NCBI GenBank assembly: GCA_003971905.1
Contig: RSEE01000103.1
Location: forward strand, 124,001-188,000
Length of the DNA stretch: 64,000 nt
Direction of reading: 5' to 3'
Source: Moniliella sp. 'wahieum'
Taxonomy: Eukaryota
In this document: in pieces, positions 11,516 to 24,881 of the stretch
Numbering within the stretch: position 1 is the stretch's first letter
How the letters are laid out: the number at the start of each line of letters is the position of its first letter
Translations under genes and position numbers: made by a program
Notes under the pieces: generated by a model
Told to the model about the DNA's origin: nothing
What the model saw: the letters and a program-made list of their open reading frames with translations, nothing else
Databases searched by the model: none

Positions 11516-13358
11516 ATGGTGTCGCCGATGGTCGACCGCTCCCGCGACCCCGGCGCGTATGTCCTCACCTACGTCCTTGCCCCACACGAGCAGCGTCTCC
11601 TGCGCCACCGCCTCGCCCAGCTCCGCCTCGTCCCACCCGACCTCCCATCCTCGCCCTCGCCCCCGCACGCCCCCACCACGCCCGCCTGCAGTGTGCCCAC
11701 CACCCCGACCTCCCTCATCCACCACGTCGATCTCAATGCGTCGCTACTCGATGACGACTACCTGCCTGCGACCACACGCAAAGCCACCCGCACCGCCCTC
11801 CTCGTCGCCGTGGCCCAGGCCGTGTTTGATGTGCTCTTGCACCTGCGTGCTCACAAGACACTCAAGGGCTCCACCCAGGCGTTGACCCGCCGTATTTTCA
11901 AAAGCGGACTTGGCACCGGCCTCTTTGTTGCCGTCTACCGTACCCTCTTGCAGCTCTTTGTCATGGCCCGCGTCAAGTTCTTGCTGCCCAAGGTGGCCGA
12001 GTGGCGCAAGCAGTATCTCCCTGCCCCTACTCCGGCCCCTGCTCCTTCCCCCGCTCCATCAGGTTCATCCGTTCGGTCCCGTCGGTCTTCTTCTGCCCAT
12101 CGCAATGGCACTACTACCCGCGGATCGAGTCCAACACGCCAGGTTGAGGTATCCCATCGCGAGCGCTTCTTGCGCAGGGTGCTGCAAGTGCTTGAATCAC
12201 GGGCAGTGGCGCCATCTCTTGCCGGATTCTTGGCGGCCCCTTTCCTAGGTTTGCTCCCTCAGGGAATTCGAGAGTACTATGCGTTGGATGCGCTCGTCAA
12301 AGCTGTCAAGTTCCTGGTTGATGATGCCCGTTTGACAGGCAGGGGACCCCTGACCAAGATCCCGCGCTGGGTGGGTGCTTCGTTGGTTTTTGCTTTGGCC
12401 AATGGTGAGCTGGTGTGGGCGACCCTGTTTGAACGGGGCACGGTCAACCGGATCTATGGCAACTTGCTCTTGTCCCGTTCCAGTGCCTACATCCAGCCCA
12501 GGCCGGAGCACTTGCCTTCGTCGATTCGTTGGCCTTCGCAGCAACAGATTGTGGATACGATCGCCCAGTTGTCGACGCCCAAGAAGAAGGTCGCTGCGTA
12601 CCCGACCTACAAGTCCCCTTTGCTCTCCGCCCTGAGTTCCCAGACACCCTCTTCGGCCTACGACGTGATCAATCCGATTTTGGATTATGCGCCTGCGCAC
12701 CCGGGCCATTCGTCGTTGTTGTGTGCAGTGTTGCATCCCAACGACCCGAGCTGCCGATCGGTCTGGTTCCAATTCTGGCGCAAAGAGTGGCCGGCCAATT
12801 TCAAGTTGGTCAGTTTGGTTTTGGGCGCCGTCACGCTCGCCCGGTTCAAGTCGCTGGTCAAGGATCCGGAGACTGCCGTGTTCCGGTTGGGCATGGGTAG
12901 CGTCCAAGGCGCAACGTTCTTGACGGGCTTTGTGGGATCCATGTGGGCCACCCACTGTTTCTTCCAAGAATGGCTCCCGCGCACCTTGGTGCCCAAGGCT
13001 AGGTACTTCCTCAATGGGGCCATCGCGTCGTTGTTCATGTTTGCTCTGCCTACGGCATGGCGGGGCGTGCTGGCCTCGTACGCGGCGCGTTACTCGCTGT
13101 TTAGTACCTACCACACCCTTAAGAAGCACCGCATCCTCCGACCCACCAAGAAGGGCGACATTGTTCTCTTGGCACTCTGCTTGGCCGTCCTGGCCCCCAT
13201 GTACGAGGAAGCTCCCAAGATGCTCGACCGCAATTACCAGCGGATCTTTGGTTTGCTCATTGGGTCCCGCCAGGGCGGCGCTGGCCTCGAGCCCACCCCC
13301 TCCCCAGAAAAGGAAGGCAAAGATTACTTTTGGCCAAGGCCAACTTGCGCTCGCTTAG
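11516..13358 (+). CDS. Multi-pass membrane protein, TMEM135 (PMP52)-like family
   Basis: Long ORF 11468-13603 with several hydrophobic helices and LLCAVLHPNDPSC, FWRKEWPANFKL, GATFLTGFVGSMWATHCFFQ, FLNGAIASL. The true end is probably 13358 after a C-run frameshift. Confidence 0.6.
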
Positions 13359-13861
13359 CACCATCCATCCCGGCCCGGACATGTAAGGTGCCCCCCAGGA
13401 CTACTGCCACGCTCTGGCGTTCTGGCGGTCCGGCGTTCCGGCGTTCCGGCGTTCCGGCTCTATACGAGCCTGACCCTGAGCGATGCTTTTCAAGCTGCTA
13501 TAGCCGAGGGTTGCTTCTGTACCTACGGATGCTTATACCCAAGGAAATACCTGTCGCGTGTTCTTTGGTCTCTGAGTGGCTTTGTCTTCCCCCGCAAACG
13601 TAAGCCCCATGCGCAGATGAGATGTCAGTCGGGTACCGGTTATGCTGAGATTCTGTTCCCCTGCCGTGTATAGGGTTTCCGTAGTGGCTTGGCCCATCCT
13701 AGTGTAGCGACCTCCCTCCGGTGTCGGTGTCGGTGTCCATCAGGGGGATGCGGGGTGCGCAGTCCAGTCAGCACGGCGTGGGAGCGCAGCCGGCAGCGCA
13801 AGTGGGATGGGCGATGATGTCATCGGCCAGCAGCGGTTAGGTTACCGCGTAGACATCACGC

Positions 13862-13871
13862 GTCACGTGAC
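13862..13871. promoter_or_regulatory. Perfect palindrome GTCACGTGAC (Cbf1-type bHLH E-box) upstream of SEC3
   Basis: Sequence seen directly ~200 bp before the ATG; function inferred. Confidence 0.4.
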
Positions 13872-14077
13872 AGGGGCGGAATGCGGGACGACGTGGCAGC
13901 GGGCAAGTGGCGCCTTGTGCGGTGGCTCGCCAGTCTGGGGCGGCCATCCGAGTGACGCATCCACCCGCGCAGCAGCCGCCCGCCCTCGCCATCCTTGCCC
14001 TCGCCCTCGCCATCGCCATTGCCACTGCCCCCACCACCAGATCCCCAACCACCACCACAGACCCCCCTTCCGTGAGG

Positions 14078-17000
14078 ATGAGTGCCCCTGAAAGCACCGC
14101 CTCCGGCCTCGCCGCGGCGGTGACTGCGCGCAAGGCCCAGAGCACCTACGTGGCCCATCTCAAGATCTGGGAAAGCACGAACGACGGGTCCCTTTCCCCC
14201 ACCCCCAGCCGCAAGGGCCGCTACCTCATCCTCAGCACCGATCCGGGAGGCATCACTCTCCACAAGGCCAAGCGGAACGCCAACGCGACCTTCTCCATCG
14301 GCAAGGAGTGGGACCTGCGTCTCTGCAGGCCGTCCAGGCCTACACTGTACGTTCGGCCCCCTTCCCCTGCTGCTGCTTTGGTGTGCGCATGTACTCACCC
14401 CTTCTGCCTTGCTGCCCAGCCCGACTCCTTCTCTCTGACCTTTGCGCGGACGTACAAGTGGCAGAGCGAGCGGCCGCGCGACCAGCATGCGTTCCTCACT
14501 GCTGTGGTGCATGTTGCGCGCAGCCACACTGGCTCCGACCAGCTGCCGATCGTGACGGGGCTGGATCTTGGTCCTTCGGCCCACCCGTCGTCCGCGCCTT
14601 CGCTCGTCCCTTCCGTCACGTCTTCCGCCCCGGCACTGGGCGCGTCTCTGACTCCCGTCGCGTCGTCCGGCACGACATTCACGCGCCGCCCCAGTGCTTC
14701 CAGCTCCTCCTCCCGCGCCCCCACGCCAGACGCTCTGGCTCCGACCTTCTCCCAGCCCGCCGGACCGACCGCAGGTCTGCTCTCCCGCTCCCGTTCTCGC
14801 AACGGGGTCACCTCGCCCCCGCCCATGTCTTTGCCCCGTGCTTCGCCTTCTCCTACCCCTGGGTACGCTCCCCACCCCCCCACCCTCCTGCCCCAGCCAT
14901 CGTCGAACCGATCAAGGAGGACTTGCAAGATGCCTACGACGCTTACGATGACGGGGCCTACTCCCCGCTGCACGTTCCTGCCCCTGCTGTGCCTGTGACG
15001 GTACCTGCGCCTGCGCCTGCGCCCGCACCTGCAGCACACGTACCTGTCCCCTCTTCCACCCCGTCCATACCGCCTCTTACCACAAGCACTCCTCCCTCTT
15101 CCACCCCATTCGCTCCTGCCGCCCCGAACCTCGCCCATACCGATCGCGCCGTCTCGCCCGTTCAGGGAAGACCGGATTTACCCCCTCGGGACCCAGGACG
15201 GGGTGACCGCTCGCTCCGCCGCAAAGCCAGTGTCAACCAGGGCAAGTTGAACGCTCGATCCCCCTCGCCTCCGGGGGACGCCCCTGCGCTCCCTACGCTC
15301 TCAACTCCTTCTCCCGCTCCTGCACCCGTACCTGCACCCGTACCTGCACCCGTTCCTGCACCTGCGCCCCTAGTAGCTGCACCACCCTCATTACAAGTAC
15401 CGGGCGCTGACTTTTCCTCTGCCCGGACTGAGCCGTTTCCTGCTTCGTCCAACGGGCTCCGCGTGCCCGGTGGGGCAGAGGCCAAGTTGTCTTCCCGTGC
15501 GCGCTTGAGTTCGATCGAGCCGGCTCGAGGGGGCGCGGCGTACGAGCGGATGTTGTTGGCCGGAACGGGGATGCGGAACGTGAGCCAAGCGCTGGGTGAA
15601 ACGCCCGAGGAGGAGCAAGAGGAAGAGGAGGAAGAAGGTGGAGGTGAAGGCAAAGACAACGCCAAGAGCCAAGCTAAAGGCGATACGAGTATAGACAAGG
15701 ACAAGCAGAGTGACAAGTACAAGACCAAGGCTAAAGAGAAGGAGAGGGATGCCAAAGTATTGCCCGGACCTGAGGAAGGGGAGGAAGAAGGTACCCTACT
15801 CAGTGTCGAGGAGCTATTGGAAACGTACGAGTGGAATCAACGTGCCGGTTTGTCGGCTTTGGGCCGGGAACGGCGGATGTCATCGGTGACGGAGGCTGCG
15901 CCGGTGGGTGCGGCCGAGGCGATCGAAGCGTCGTTGAAGGAAGAACTGCGTGCGGTGGATGCGGCCAATATCCACGGTATGGTAGAGAGTGACGATCGGG
16001 TCAAGTACGTTGAGAAGCACATTGCCGAAGCGTTGGAAGAGCTAGAACAGATGGACCATTTGATCCTCACGTTTAAACTCTCCCTCAATGCACGCTTGGA
16101 CGACATTGCTTTTGTCGAGTCCCAAAACCGCGGATTTCAAGTCCACATGGCCAACCAACAGCAGTTGGCCGAGGAACTATCCAACGTGTTTAGCACGGTG
16201 CATGTCGATCAAGCTACGACCGAGGCACTGCGCCATGCGCCTCTCGATACGCTCCAAGGCGTAGGGGAGAGCGAGATAGCAACGGCTCTCTATAAGTCAC
16301 TTCTGCGTGATGCCGAGTTTGCCATGACTGGGGACGAAGGAACCGGCGTGGCACCGCGTGCGCGGCAGGCCAAGATGCAAGAATACCATGCGCTCAGTGA
16401 CCAGTTCAGTGCTCGGATCAAGGACTTTTTGGTCCAGGCCATGGAACGGCAAATTTGGGCGCTCCGCTCGATGCAGGACCAGAAACGAGACCAACGTCTG
16501 GCCACCGCTTTGGCTTCGTTGCGCGCGGGTGGAACGGGCGCACGAGAAATCTTACAAGACCACGCTTTGCTCGAGACCGCTTTCGAGATGTACTGTGGTG
16601 TCCTGTTGTTTGTCAAGGAAGTTTCCCCACCCATCTTTGCCCAGCTTAGCGCCTCCTACCTGGCCCAAGTCAGCGAGGTGTACAAGGCCGATTTTGTTGC
16701 TGTCTTTCGTGCGGTGCGCGGACGGGTGCGTAAGGCCACGGAAGAAGAGCTGGCAGATATCTCATTTGCCTCGGCAGCACCCAAGGGGTTGCCCCCAGCG
16801 GCAGGCATGCTGCGGTCCGGCACGGTGCGAAGAATGGGAACCACAATGGGGATCGGGCGGGGAGAACGGATTCGTTCTGCCTCGCGGTCGCAGGAAGGCG
16901 ATGGGATCGGGATTGCGGGTGGGTTGGCGTTTTCAGTGTTGCTGGCGAGTGGGTTGCCGATCGTTCGGAGAGAACAGGCGTTCATTGCGGATTTCCTGCA

Positions 17001-18215
17001 CATTAACGACAACCAAATCACGTTTTCCAACTACATGGATCTGGGTGGGTTCTTTGACCACCAGGCCGCGCTCGTGTTCCGAGAACGCGCAAAGGATAAA
17101 GGTGGACTGCGCAACATGCACGATGCGTTGGCGCTATGCTTTGGATTCTTTGTCCAGGAGGCGCAAACGTTTGCCGACTACGTGGTGCAGATGGACCGGA
17201 TCCAGATGGTGTCCTTACTTGCTGCCCTGGATTCCGCGGTACAGGAAGCGACGACAATGCAGAATGAGTTCCTGATCAAGAGTCTGGGCAAGTTGCGCGC
17301 CCGACTGGCAGGCCAGTTGGACCAGTACGTTGCCCAACAGATTCGCGCCATTGAGCAGACACGCTTATCGGCCAAGAAGGGGACAGGTGTAACACACTTT
17401 GTTCGGACGTTGCCGCTGTTTGTGGAAAAAGTCGAATCTCAACTCGTCGTCCCTCCCCCGCCTAACGCTAGCATCCGCCGCGCCGTCGACTCATACTACA
17501 CCCAGATCAGTACCGCGTGCTTCGATGCGCTGCAGGCGATGGCCAAGATGTCCAGTGCCAACGCCTCCTTGGCCGGTACCGCCGGCCCCGAAGCGGAAGA
17601 CAAGGGTGTGCTCTATGCCCACATCATCCTCATTGAAAACGCACGTTACCTGCGCCGCGAGCTCGGGCGGCGGGAACAAGCCAGTACCACAACCACTTGG
17701 CCCGACGTCCTGACTTCCGTCGCAGGACGCGCAGAGACGATGTTGGCAGACGCATTGTTGTCGTATGTGGTGGCGGTGCTACGACGGCCATTGGGCAAGT
17801 TGGTCGACTTTACAGAAGGAGTGGAAGAACTGTTACGGTCCACGCCAGCGGGCGAGGTGACGTTGCACACGCAGTATGCCCGACACGCATGGAAGCGTCT
17901 AGGGAAAGAGTACACGGGCAAAGAAACGCGCAAGGCGGTGGAAACTTTGTCCCGGCGCGTGCAGAAACACTTTGGTCTCGGGCTCGACGAGGAGGAAGCT
18001 CCATTGGAGCAACAGGGTCATTGGAATGCTGATTTGGCCGAGGATGTGATGCAACAGGCGTGGCGCGTCGCAGCGGAACAGGCGGCTCGGGAAGTGGAAC
18101 GGTTCCTTGTTGTCCTCCGGGCTGTTTGGCCAGATAACTCGATCGCATTTGAGTTGACCGTCCCAGAACTTAACCGTTCTTCGCCGCTTGCCCACCTACC
18201 ACGCGCCGACGCTGA
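14078..18215 (+). CDS. SEC3: Exocyst subunit Sec3
   Basis: N-terminal PIP2-binding PH domain YVAHLKIWE..KGRYLILS..LHKAKRNANATFSIGKEWDL, intron ~14347-14419, Pro-rich linker, coiled coil ELRAVDAANIHGMVESDDRV..DDIAFVESQNRGFQVHMANQQQL, C-terminal REQAFIADFLHIND, HIILIEN, VLRRPLGKLVDFTEGVE, RRVQKHF. Confidence 0.93.
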
Positions 18216-18639
18216 GAACCGATGGTCAGTCGTCGATTGTCGACCGATCTTTTGTCATGAATCATGCGGCCGTCTAGCATCTGGGATCGATCTTCTCGAT
18301 CATCCGTTCCCCCCCCTTCCAAGTACATGAGAATTGTCCAGGAGTATTCGGTGGCAGGTGAAGGTGTGCCGGCCAAACGACGGGAAGTTCGTAGGTATAG
18401 TCTACTGCCATTGCTGTCTGATCGATGGATGCATGAACAAGAATGGAGGAGGGATTCTTGAGGCATAGTATAGAGGGGTCGCCCAGGCCGGCGACCGCTG
18501 GCGATATGTGGAGGGATGGTTTCTTGCCCCTCATAGTGTACACTCTCTAGTACTGTTGCGTCAGTGGGTATCCGCCACGTCTTCTCCACCGCCATTCGTC
18601 CTTAGGGATATATGATGTCGATGTAGTGTTGATGAAGCC

Positions 18640-19150
18640 AAGACGCCTTAGTGGAGACTGTTGTGCGCCCTCTTCTGTTGAGCTGGGTGGCTCGTGCTTT
18701 GGTCAATAATGTCCCTTCAGTTCCTCCTCAGGCCTAGGAATTCCGTTGTTTTCTCTCTCCTGTTGTCACTTGTTCCGCAGCTTAGCCCCTGACGGGCGAT
18801 TCGTTGCTTGATGTTCCTCTGTAGTAGGCATTGCTGGTTGCCACACACCACCACCAGTGCGATTGCATCTTCTCGAATCACCCTCGAGGACCATCAAGAC
18901 TCCAGGTCTCGTCATCTTCTTTTGTTCCATTGCGCATTACTTCGTAGTTTCTTTCCCTCCTCGCTTTACGCCATGCGGAGGAGTTCATGGTGAATCACCG
19001 TTGTATCGCACAGCAGACCGAATATGGTATTACAACATGGATCATGTTCATTGGTTACACACAGGGCCCCAGCAGGGAGTCTTCCAAGACGGCTGTTTGC
19101 GAGGAATGTGGTCTGGAACTACTGCTACCCCTTCAATTACACACACCTAA
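18640..19150 (+). mobile_element. Highly degenerate CRE-like non-LTR RT fragment
   Basis: LVPQLS/PDG/IR (~LVPLxKPDGxIRPI) near 18770-18805, then RIWYYN (~WxY) and QQGVFQDGCL (~SQGVRQGDPL) in ORF 18857-19150. Confidence 0.4.
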
Positions 19151-19341
19151 TACTATCCATTGAAAAGAAGAACACGCTCTATGCTAGTAGTAGTAGCAGT
19201 GACTGGTATGAATAACACTGAATCGGTGAATTGCCTCGTACAAAAGTGGCGCCTGCCCCAGGGGGGTCCTTTTGTGGCCTCCTCTTAGTATCACAGGCGT
19301 CCCATGGCGTCCTCCCCCAGCACCACTAGCTTGTCTGCCCC

Positions 19342-20999
19342 TCAGATGGGAATCTCACCATCGGACGTATGCTGAGCCAATGCGCCCAGGTAGCACGTTA
19401 CCGCAACCATCAGTTGTTTGGCCCAATGATCTCCCGCTCTACCAATACTTGTTTTGCCCCGCCCAAACTGTGCGCGACGATGCCCAAGTGGGCCGAATCG
19501 CTCCACCCCGTATTGCGTGGCAGGAAGAGCGCCAAGTTAGACGTGCCAAGCTGCGTCATGCCATCCTAACCAGTCCTTCGCCACTGAGGGGTGTCAAGCG
19601 ATTGAGTGAATAATACGTCCGCTCCCCATTCCGCGTATTCCTCTCCTGGAGGGGCCGTTGGCCCGCCGGGCCCAGCTCGTTCAGCCGCGACACGTCATTG
19701 CAAGCCTTGCTGAGCATCCTTCGCAGGTGCTTGCGTTTGCTTTGAGCCTCGGCATTCTTCCCCCTTGGCACGCTATGCAGTGCCCCCATCAGCTCCGTTA
19801 TCTTGACCTTGGCCCTGGCCCGCTCCGTCTCCCACTGTTCCCGTTCTGAGCACGATGGGCCCTTTTGGTCTCCACTTTCGTACCCTATCCCCCCCCAGGC
19901 AGGAGAAAGGAAGACGGCATCAAACTTCCACTGGGACCAGGCACCCAGTCGCCCTCCGTCTTCTCCGCTCGTACCTCCTCCTTGCTTGCCCCACATAGCC
20001 GACCATACGTGGCAGTCCATTCGACCGCATCGGCCCAAATAATTGTCACCTTCTCCTCCACACCGGCCATACGTGCATTATGCCGTGCCAACTCAACCTT
20101 GATCGGGTCCACATCAATCCCGACTATATGGGTGAACTGGCGGGCTAAACCAAGTAGGTTGCCCCCAGCGCCAAAAACACATCCAACACCGTACCCGTTC
20201 GCGTGTCCGACGATCCAGCCAAACTGCTGGCCATGTGCTGCGCAATGTGCGTTGCAATGCCTTCAGGCGTGATGCTGTACAAGCTTTCGCGGTCCAAAGC
20301 GTATCCCGCGTCAAAGTTAGGGAACAACGTGTAGCGCGCATACCAGTACTTGTGCATGTCCTCCTTCATGTCTTCTTTCCGGATCAAAACGTGAGGGTGC
20401 ATCCAATCGGGTAAGGAACCGAGCCAATTGGTCGTGCCGTTGCCGTTGCCATTGGCTTCTTCCGTTTTCTTTTTTCCCGTCTTTTCATCGTCTTCTTTCA
20501 CTTTCTCTTTATGCTCCTTCTCCCGCGTTTCCTTCACCTTCTTCCCATTCGCATTGGCTTGCATCTGTTCCTGCTGGTTCAGTGCCTCCTTCTTTACCAA
20601 AGCGTCTTTGGGGATCCAGTTCCTCACCCGTGTTCCGCACATTCCGGGCCTTCTCGGTTGCACAGTCTGGACCAATGACCGACTCCCATCAAAGCCCACA
20701 ATGCGCATCTGTTGACGCTCATATCGCTGGCGCTGGAAAGTGGGCAACCGTGCGTGAATCGGGATGGCTGCAACCCTGAATGCCACATTGGGGGGCAAGC
20801 CCTCTTCCGGGATCGGTACAGGGTTGGAGAACGGTCTTACCCCTACTCCGACTAGGACATTGTCAAGTCCAGTGTAAGCGGAGGAAGATTGCGATACGGA
20901 TGGGGAGGGGGAGGGGGAGGAGACCCCTGTGACTATCTGTGGCCGTTGTGCGCACTGTTTCGCAGGAATGGGGGGAAGCGTACTCTCCCGCCGAGGCAT
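19342..20999 (-). CDS. TGS1: Trimethylguanosine synthase
   Basis: KYWYARYTLFPNFDAGYALDRESLYSITPEGIATHIAQH, VLDVF..GAGGN, DVDPIKVELARHNARMAGV, FDAVFLSPAWGGIGY, NLALFLPRNT, VAVTCYLGAL. Several frameshifts; the start could instead be 21074 or 21088. Confidence 0.9.
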
Positions 21000-21680
21000 G
21001 TTCACTGGCAAGGAGGAAGTGGACGCGCTAAGGCGTGGGTTACAGGGTGGATTTGGGTCCGGGTGGTGGTGCATGGCCAGGACCCATGATTGTAGTGGTG
21101 TTGGGTAGGTGGGTGGGTGCGTTGGGTGAAGCGAGAGTGAATTGGTTGAGGCGACTTAGTTGGAGACGGGAGATGGTGGTGGCAGCACAAGGTAGTAGTA
21201 TATATAAGCGAAATGTGTAGTAGAGAAAATGAGGGGTCATGGAACTGAAAGGCTGCCTGGAGGTCGAGTCGAGATGAGAGTGCTTAGCCAGTGGCAAGCA
21301 AGACGCGGCATCCCACCTGCATGTTAACTAAGTTTCTCTCTCTTCCCTTGGCTCGTGCACAGCTCTCAGTTCCCCAACGCAGCACTGCCGACCATCCGTC
21401 GAAAAAGGCCGCAGATTGGGCCAAATACCCCGCCGCCACAGGACCAGAGAGGCGGGGGGTGCATTTGAACAGAGCGAAGGAGGGAAGGTCCGCACGGGTT
21501 GGATGTCAGCAGGAAGTGGCAGTTACCCCTTATTTTCCTCTTACAGTAGTTGTTTGACGGGAGGTCCGGGCCAATCACCTCTAAGCCACATTGACCTGGT
21601 CCCTTCTCACACATCAAACGCGCTGAACGCGCATTCGATCGGACTCGCTCGGGCCTCAACTGGTCTAGCGCCCGAGCCGT

Positions 21681-21713
21681 TTCTTCTTCTTCTTCTTCTT
21701 CTTCTTCTTCTTC
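21681..21713. repeat. (CTT)n microsatellite, ~11 units
   Basis: Read directly. Confidence 0.9.
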
Positions 21714-22449
21714 TCTTCTCCTTTTCTTCCTGTCCTGGGCCTAGTCCCGCATCCTGTCTTCGAACCATCACCTTCAGCCTCTGTTGTCCATCAGAGTTGC
21801 TGGGAGACGTAGGCCAATAGTAGTAACTACTAAAATCTCGATAAACTCATTTTACCTTGTCAAGGCCCGCACTAGTACACTTAGTTGTATCTCTCTGACT
21901 CCTTTCCTTCCCGTTTCCAGTTCCCGTTTTTCCAACCAATCCGCGGGACACCGCTGTCGTCCATTTATCACCACAGCTGCGTGGGACAAAGATTGACTGC
22001 CACACAGACATCCGACTGATACGACACTTTTTGCAAGCAAAAGAATGGACAGCAAACTAAACACTAAATGAACGATGAATGAATCTCTAGTTCACGTCCA
22101 TTTCATTGACAGAGCTTAAGGCTGGGACAGGGGGAACGCTACGTCTAAACCTAACCGTTCAAATATTGCGAATCCCCCGATCTGCACGCTTTTACATCAG
22201 CTGACCGGCGCCACGTTCCCTGACCTGTGCCACGTTCCAGCCCGCCCGCAAGCATCGGTGATATTACGTTCCCGCTCAGCGTGGAACGGTGGCTAAGGTG
22301 GCGACGCAGCACAGCTGGGGCGAAGCCCAGCTGACCGGGCCGTAGGCCGGTGGTGGTCCTTGTGCCTATATAGGGCTCATCCAGCGACAACGATAGGGCG
22401 AGTCGGCTGCGTGTGCATAATAAGAACAGGGTGTCAGTTACCCTATAAT

Positions 22450-23080
22450 AGGGCGGGTGGGTAACAAGGGTCTTCAACCACAAAGGGGCTTCAAGCCCAA
22501 GATCTGAGGGGAAACATACTAACAGATGGGAAAAGATAGTACGATACACAGGACAGCATTGGACAAAAGCAATGGCCCATGCAGGGGAAACAAGGGAACT
22601 ATAGGCGAGAGGAAAAGAGTGCATAAGAGGGGAAATGCCCTCCAAAGAGTAAGACGGTACTGACCATGTACCGGCTCATCAGTTGTGCCCCCTTTGCCTA
22701 TGTCCACCACCATTGCCGCCTCCCAACAAAGACTGGCCGAAACCGGGTCACATTCAATGTCTTTGTCCCAGGTAACAAAGACAACACTATCGTCTACAGG
22801 GAAAGCTACGATGGGATTGTCCCACGCTTGACTCCAGCGCCGTCGGTTGCACAATGCACATCGTTTTGGAAGCAACAAAAGATGAACCATCTATCTTACC
22901 TGGGCTAGAAAGTGAATTACAAAGGGCAGTCCAACCCTCCTGCAGCGTAGGCCGGTCAAAGAAGGGATAGTCGGCGTACAGATAGCCATTGAAGACGTCA
23001 GCCAGACGTATCGGGTTTACCGTGTAGGTAGACAAAACCGCACCCAACAACCTATACCGGGAAAGACAACGACCCAACCA
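22450..23080 (-). mobile_element. Degenerate LINE-type reverse transcriptase fragment (domains 4-7 and thumb)
   Basis: ORF 22787-23077: GAVLSTYTVN (~QGSVLSPxLFN), GYLYADY (~LYADD), TLQEGWTALCNSL..FVASKTMCIV (~LQ..L..W...F...KT). ORF 22519-22890: YRLTLWRAF (~RxxLYKxFIRP). Confidence 0.55.
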
Positions 23081-24015
23081 AACCGGTTCTTTTCGGCCAC
23101 CACCACTCGTTGGCCCCTCCCCTCTCCACCTCCCAGGGGTAAGGGGGATGGAGGGGGGGAGGGGGGGGAGATGCGCCCCATGACCCTAACCACCTCTCAT
23201 TAAGCGTCCGACAACTCCCGCAACCGACGAATGGTGCTGCGGACCGTAGCAGCAGCCGTGGTGGACAAGGCCCAAGCACCGCCTGCCACCTGCTTCTTGC
23301 ATGCACGGAGTCCCAAATCCCCACCGCACGCCGCTTCACGGCGTCCTTGCCGCAAAACGCGCGTGTACCGCGCATGCTGCGAGATCTCAATTCTTCACCT
23401 GCCGCCGCAGCGTAGACCCGTACCGCGTACCGTACTTGCCAGTAATCCCAACTTTTGTCGTGCGCTTAGACTATGGCAGGAAAACGCACGTAGGTCATAG
23501 GTTAAAAGTCAGCACTCGCCTAGCGGTCCACCAAATGTCCGCCTCCGCCAAGTTGTGAGTAAAGTGACTAGCACCGCAAGGCCCACACTGGCTTGGTACT
23601 CGGACTCGACATGCGCGCCAAGAAAGAAGATCGATAGAGCAAGACGAACTTGGGTGTGGAGGGGTGGATTTAGGGGGAGGGGGAGAAGACGCACCATATC
23701 GAGAGCGGGTGGCCTAGGTGGTGTGTTGGGTGTCCGGGCGTCGGGATCAGCGTCACCGCTATTGGCGGGTAATGCACGTTGCAGCAGCAAGGCATAAGGC
23801 AGGCGGGGCGCAAAAAATATTTTCACAGGGTTGTACTCGACTTGCCCATAACGCGTAACGCGTAACTGGCTCTCCATAATAACAGGCTTTGAAACACATG
23901 CGGACCCTATACATGGGCTTCATGAGGAAAGGACCTGTCCACACATCAGAACGCTAGCCACCTGGAGTCCCTAGCCCCTTCTTGAAAACACATGCGGCCC
24001 TGGAGACACCAAAAA

Positions 24016-24102
24016 GGGGTACACCCGGGATTGAACCGAGGACCTACTCATGTTGGGAGATGACAACCCAAAAGAGGCATGATACCACACACACCATGTA
24101 CC
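24016..24102 (-). tRNA. tRNA-Pro(UGG) with a short intron
   Basis: Minus strand GGTACA..TGGTATCATG..TT-TGG-G, intron containing CCCAA, T-arm CTCGG-TTCAATC-CCGGG, TGTACCC-C, then TTTTT Pol III terminator. The acceptor 5' G appears to be missing (likely indel error). Confidence 0.8.
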
Positions 24103-24434
24103 TGTTGAATTGGAGAGAATCGTAACGATGGACTGTTTCGCTTGTCAGGGATCATCCCACTGGCTACTCTTGCATCAACAGGTTGACCTTGCAGACGAGG
24201 GCATGGAAGAGTGAGGACGACTATCGCCCTGATGGCGTGCTGGCCGGCGTATTTATACCCTGAGGACACCAAATGGATTTGCTTTTCTGGCACATGCCCT
24301 TTCTTCGGGTTGAGAGGTGCCGTAACCACGGGTGGGGTACCACAAAAGCACCGTTATATGAATAACTTCGAGGCTTATAACAGGGTGCGGGCGAACGGGC
24401 ATGTGAAATAGGACAAACGAAACGGCCAAAAAGT

Positions 24435-24531
24435 TCTCCCCTCTGGGAGTCGAACCAGGACATTCAGAGCGGACTTAAGTGTCCACGCGACCAATTACAA
24501 TCTGACGCTCTTCCAACTGAGCTAAGGAGAG
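24435..24531 (-). tRNA. tRNA-Tyr(GUA) with a ~25-nt intron
   Basis: CTCTCCT/AGGGGAG acceptor with C1:G72 and A73, D-arm GCTC-AGTTGGAA-GAGC, anticodon stem TCAGA/TCTGA around TT-GTA-A, GTTCGACTC, TTTTT terminator. Confidence 0.9.
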
Positions 24532-24881
24532 GTGATTGTGGACTGGTCTCGTATGCTGATAGTATTCCAGTTCATAAAGATGGTGTACAACAAAACGGAC
24601 TACAGAAACAGGCACCTTACCTGCGTAATACACCTGCGTTTCGCTGTAGCACGACAACAAAAGAGTGTCCCCGAAGTGACATAGGTGATGGACAATCTAT
24701 GCCGAAGATATGAGAAGAAGCACGATCAAGATATCGATGAGATGATCGATTATGGAGCGCGATGGGAGGGAGTATAGTATACATGCGTCAACTTTACACA
24801 GATCGAAATGCAGAATCCCCAGGGCTGAAGAGGGGGAGGTGAGGGGTAAATATCGTGTGCAGAAACGTCCCCATTGCCGCC

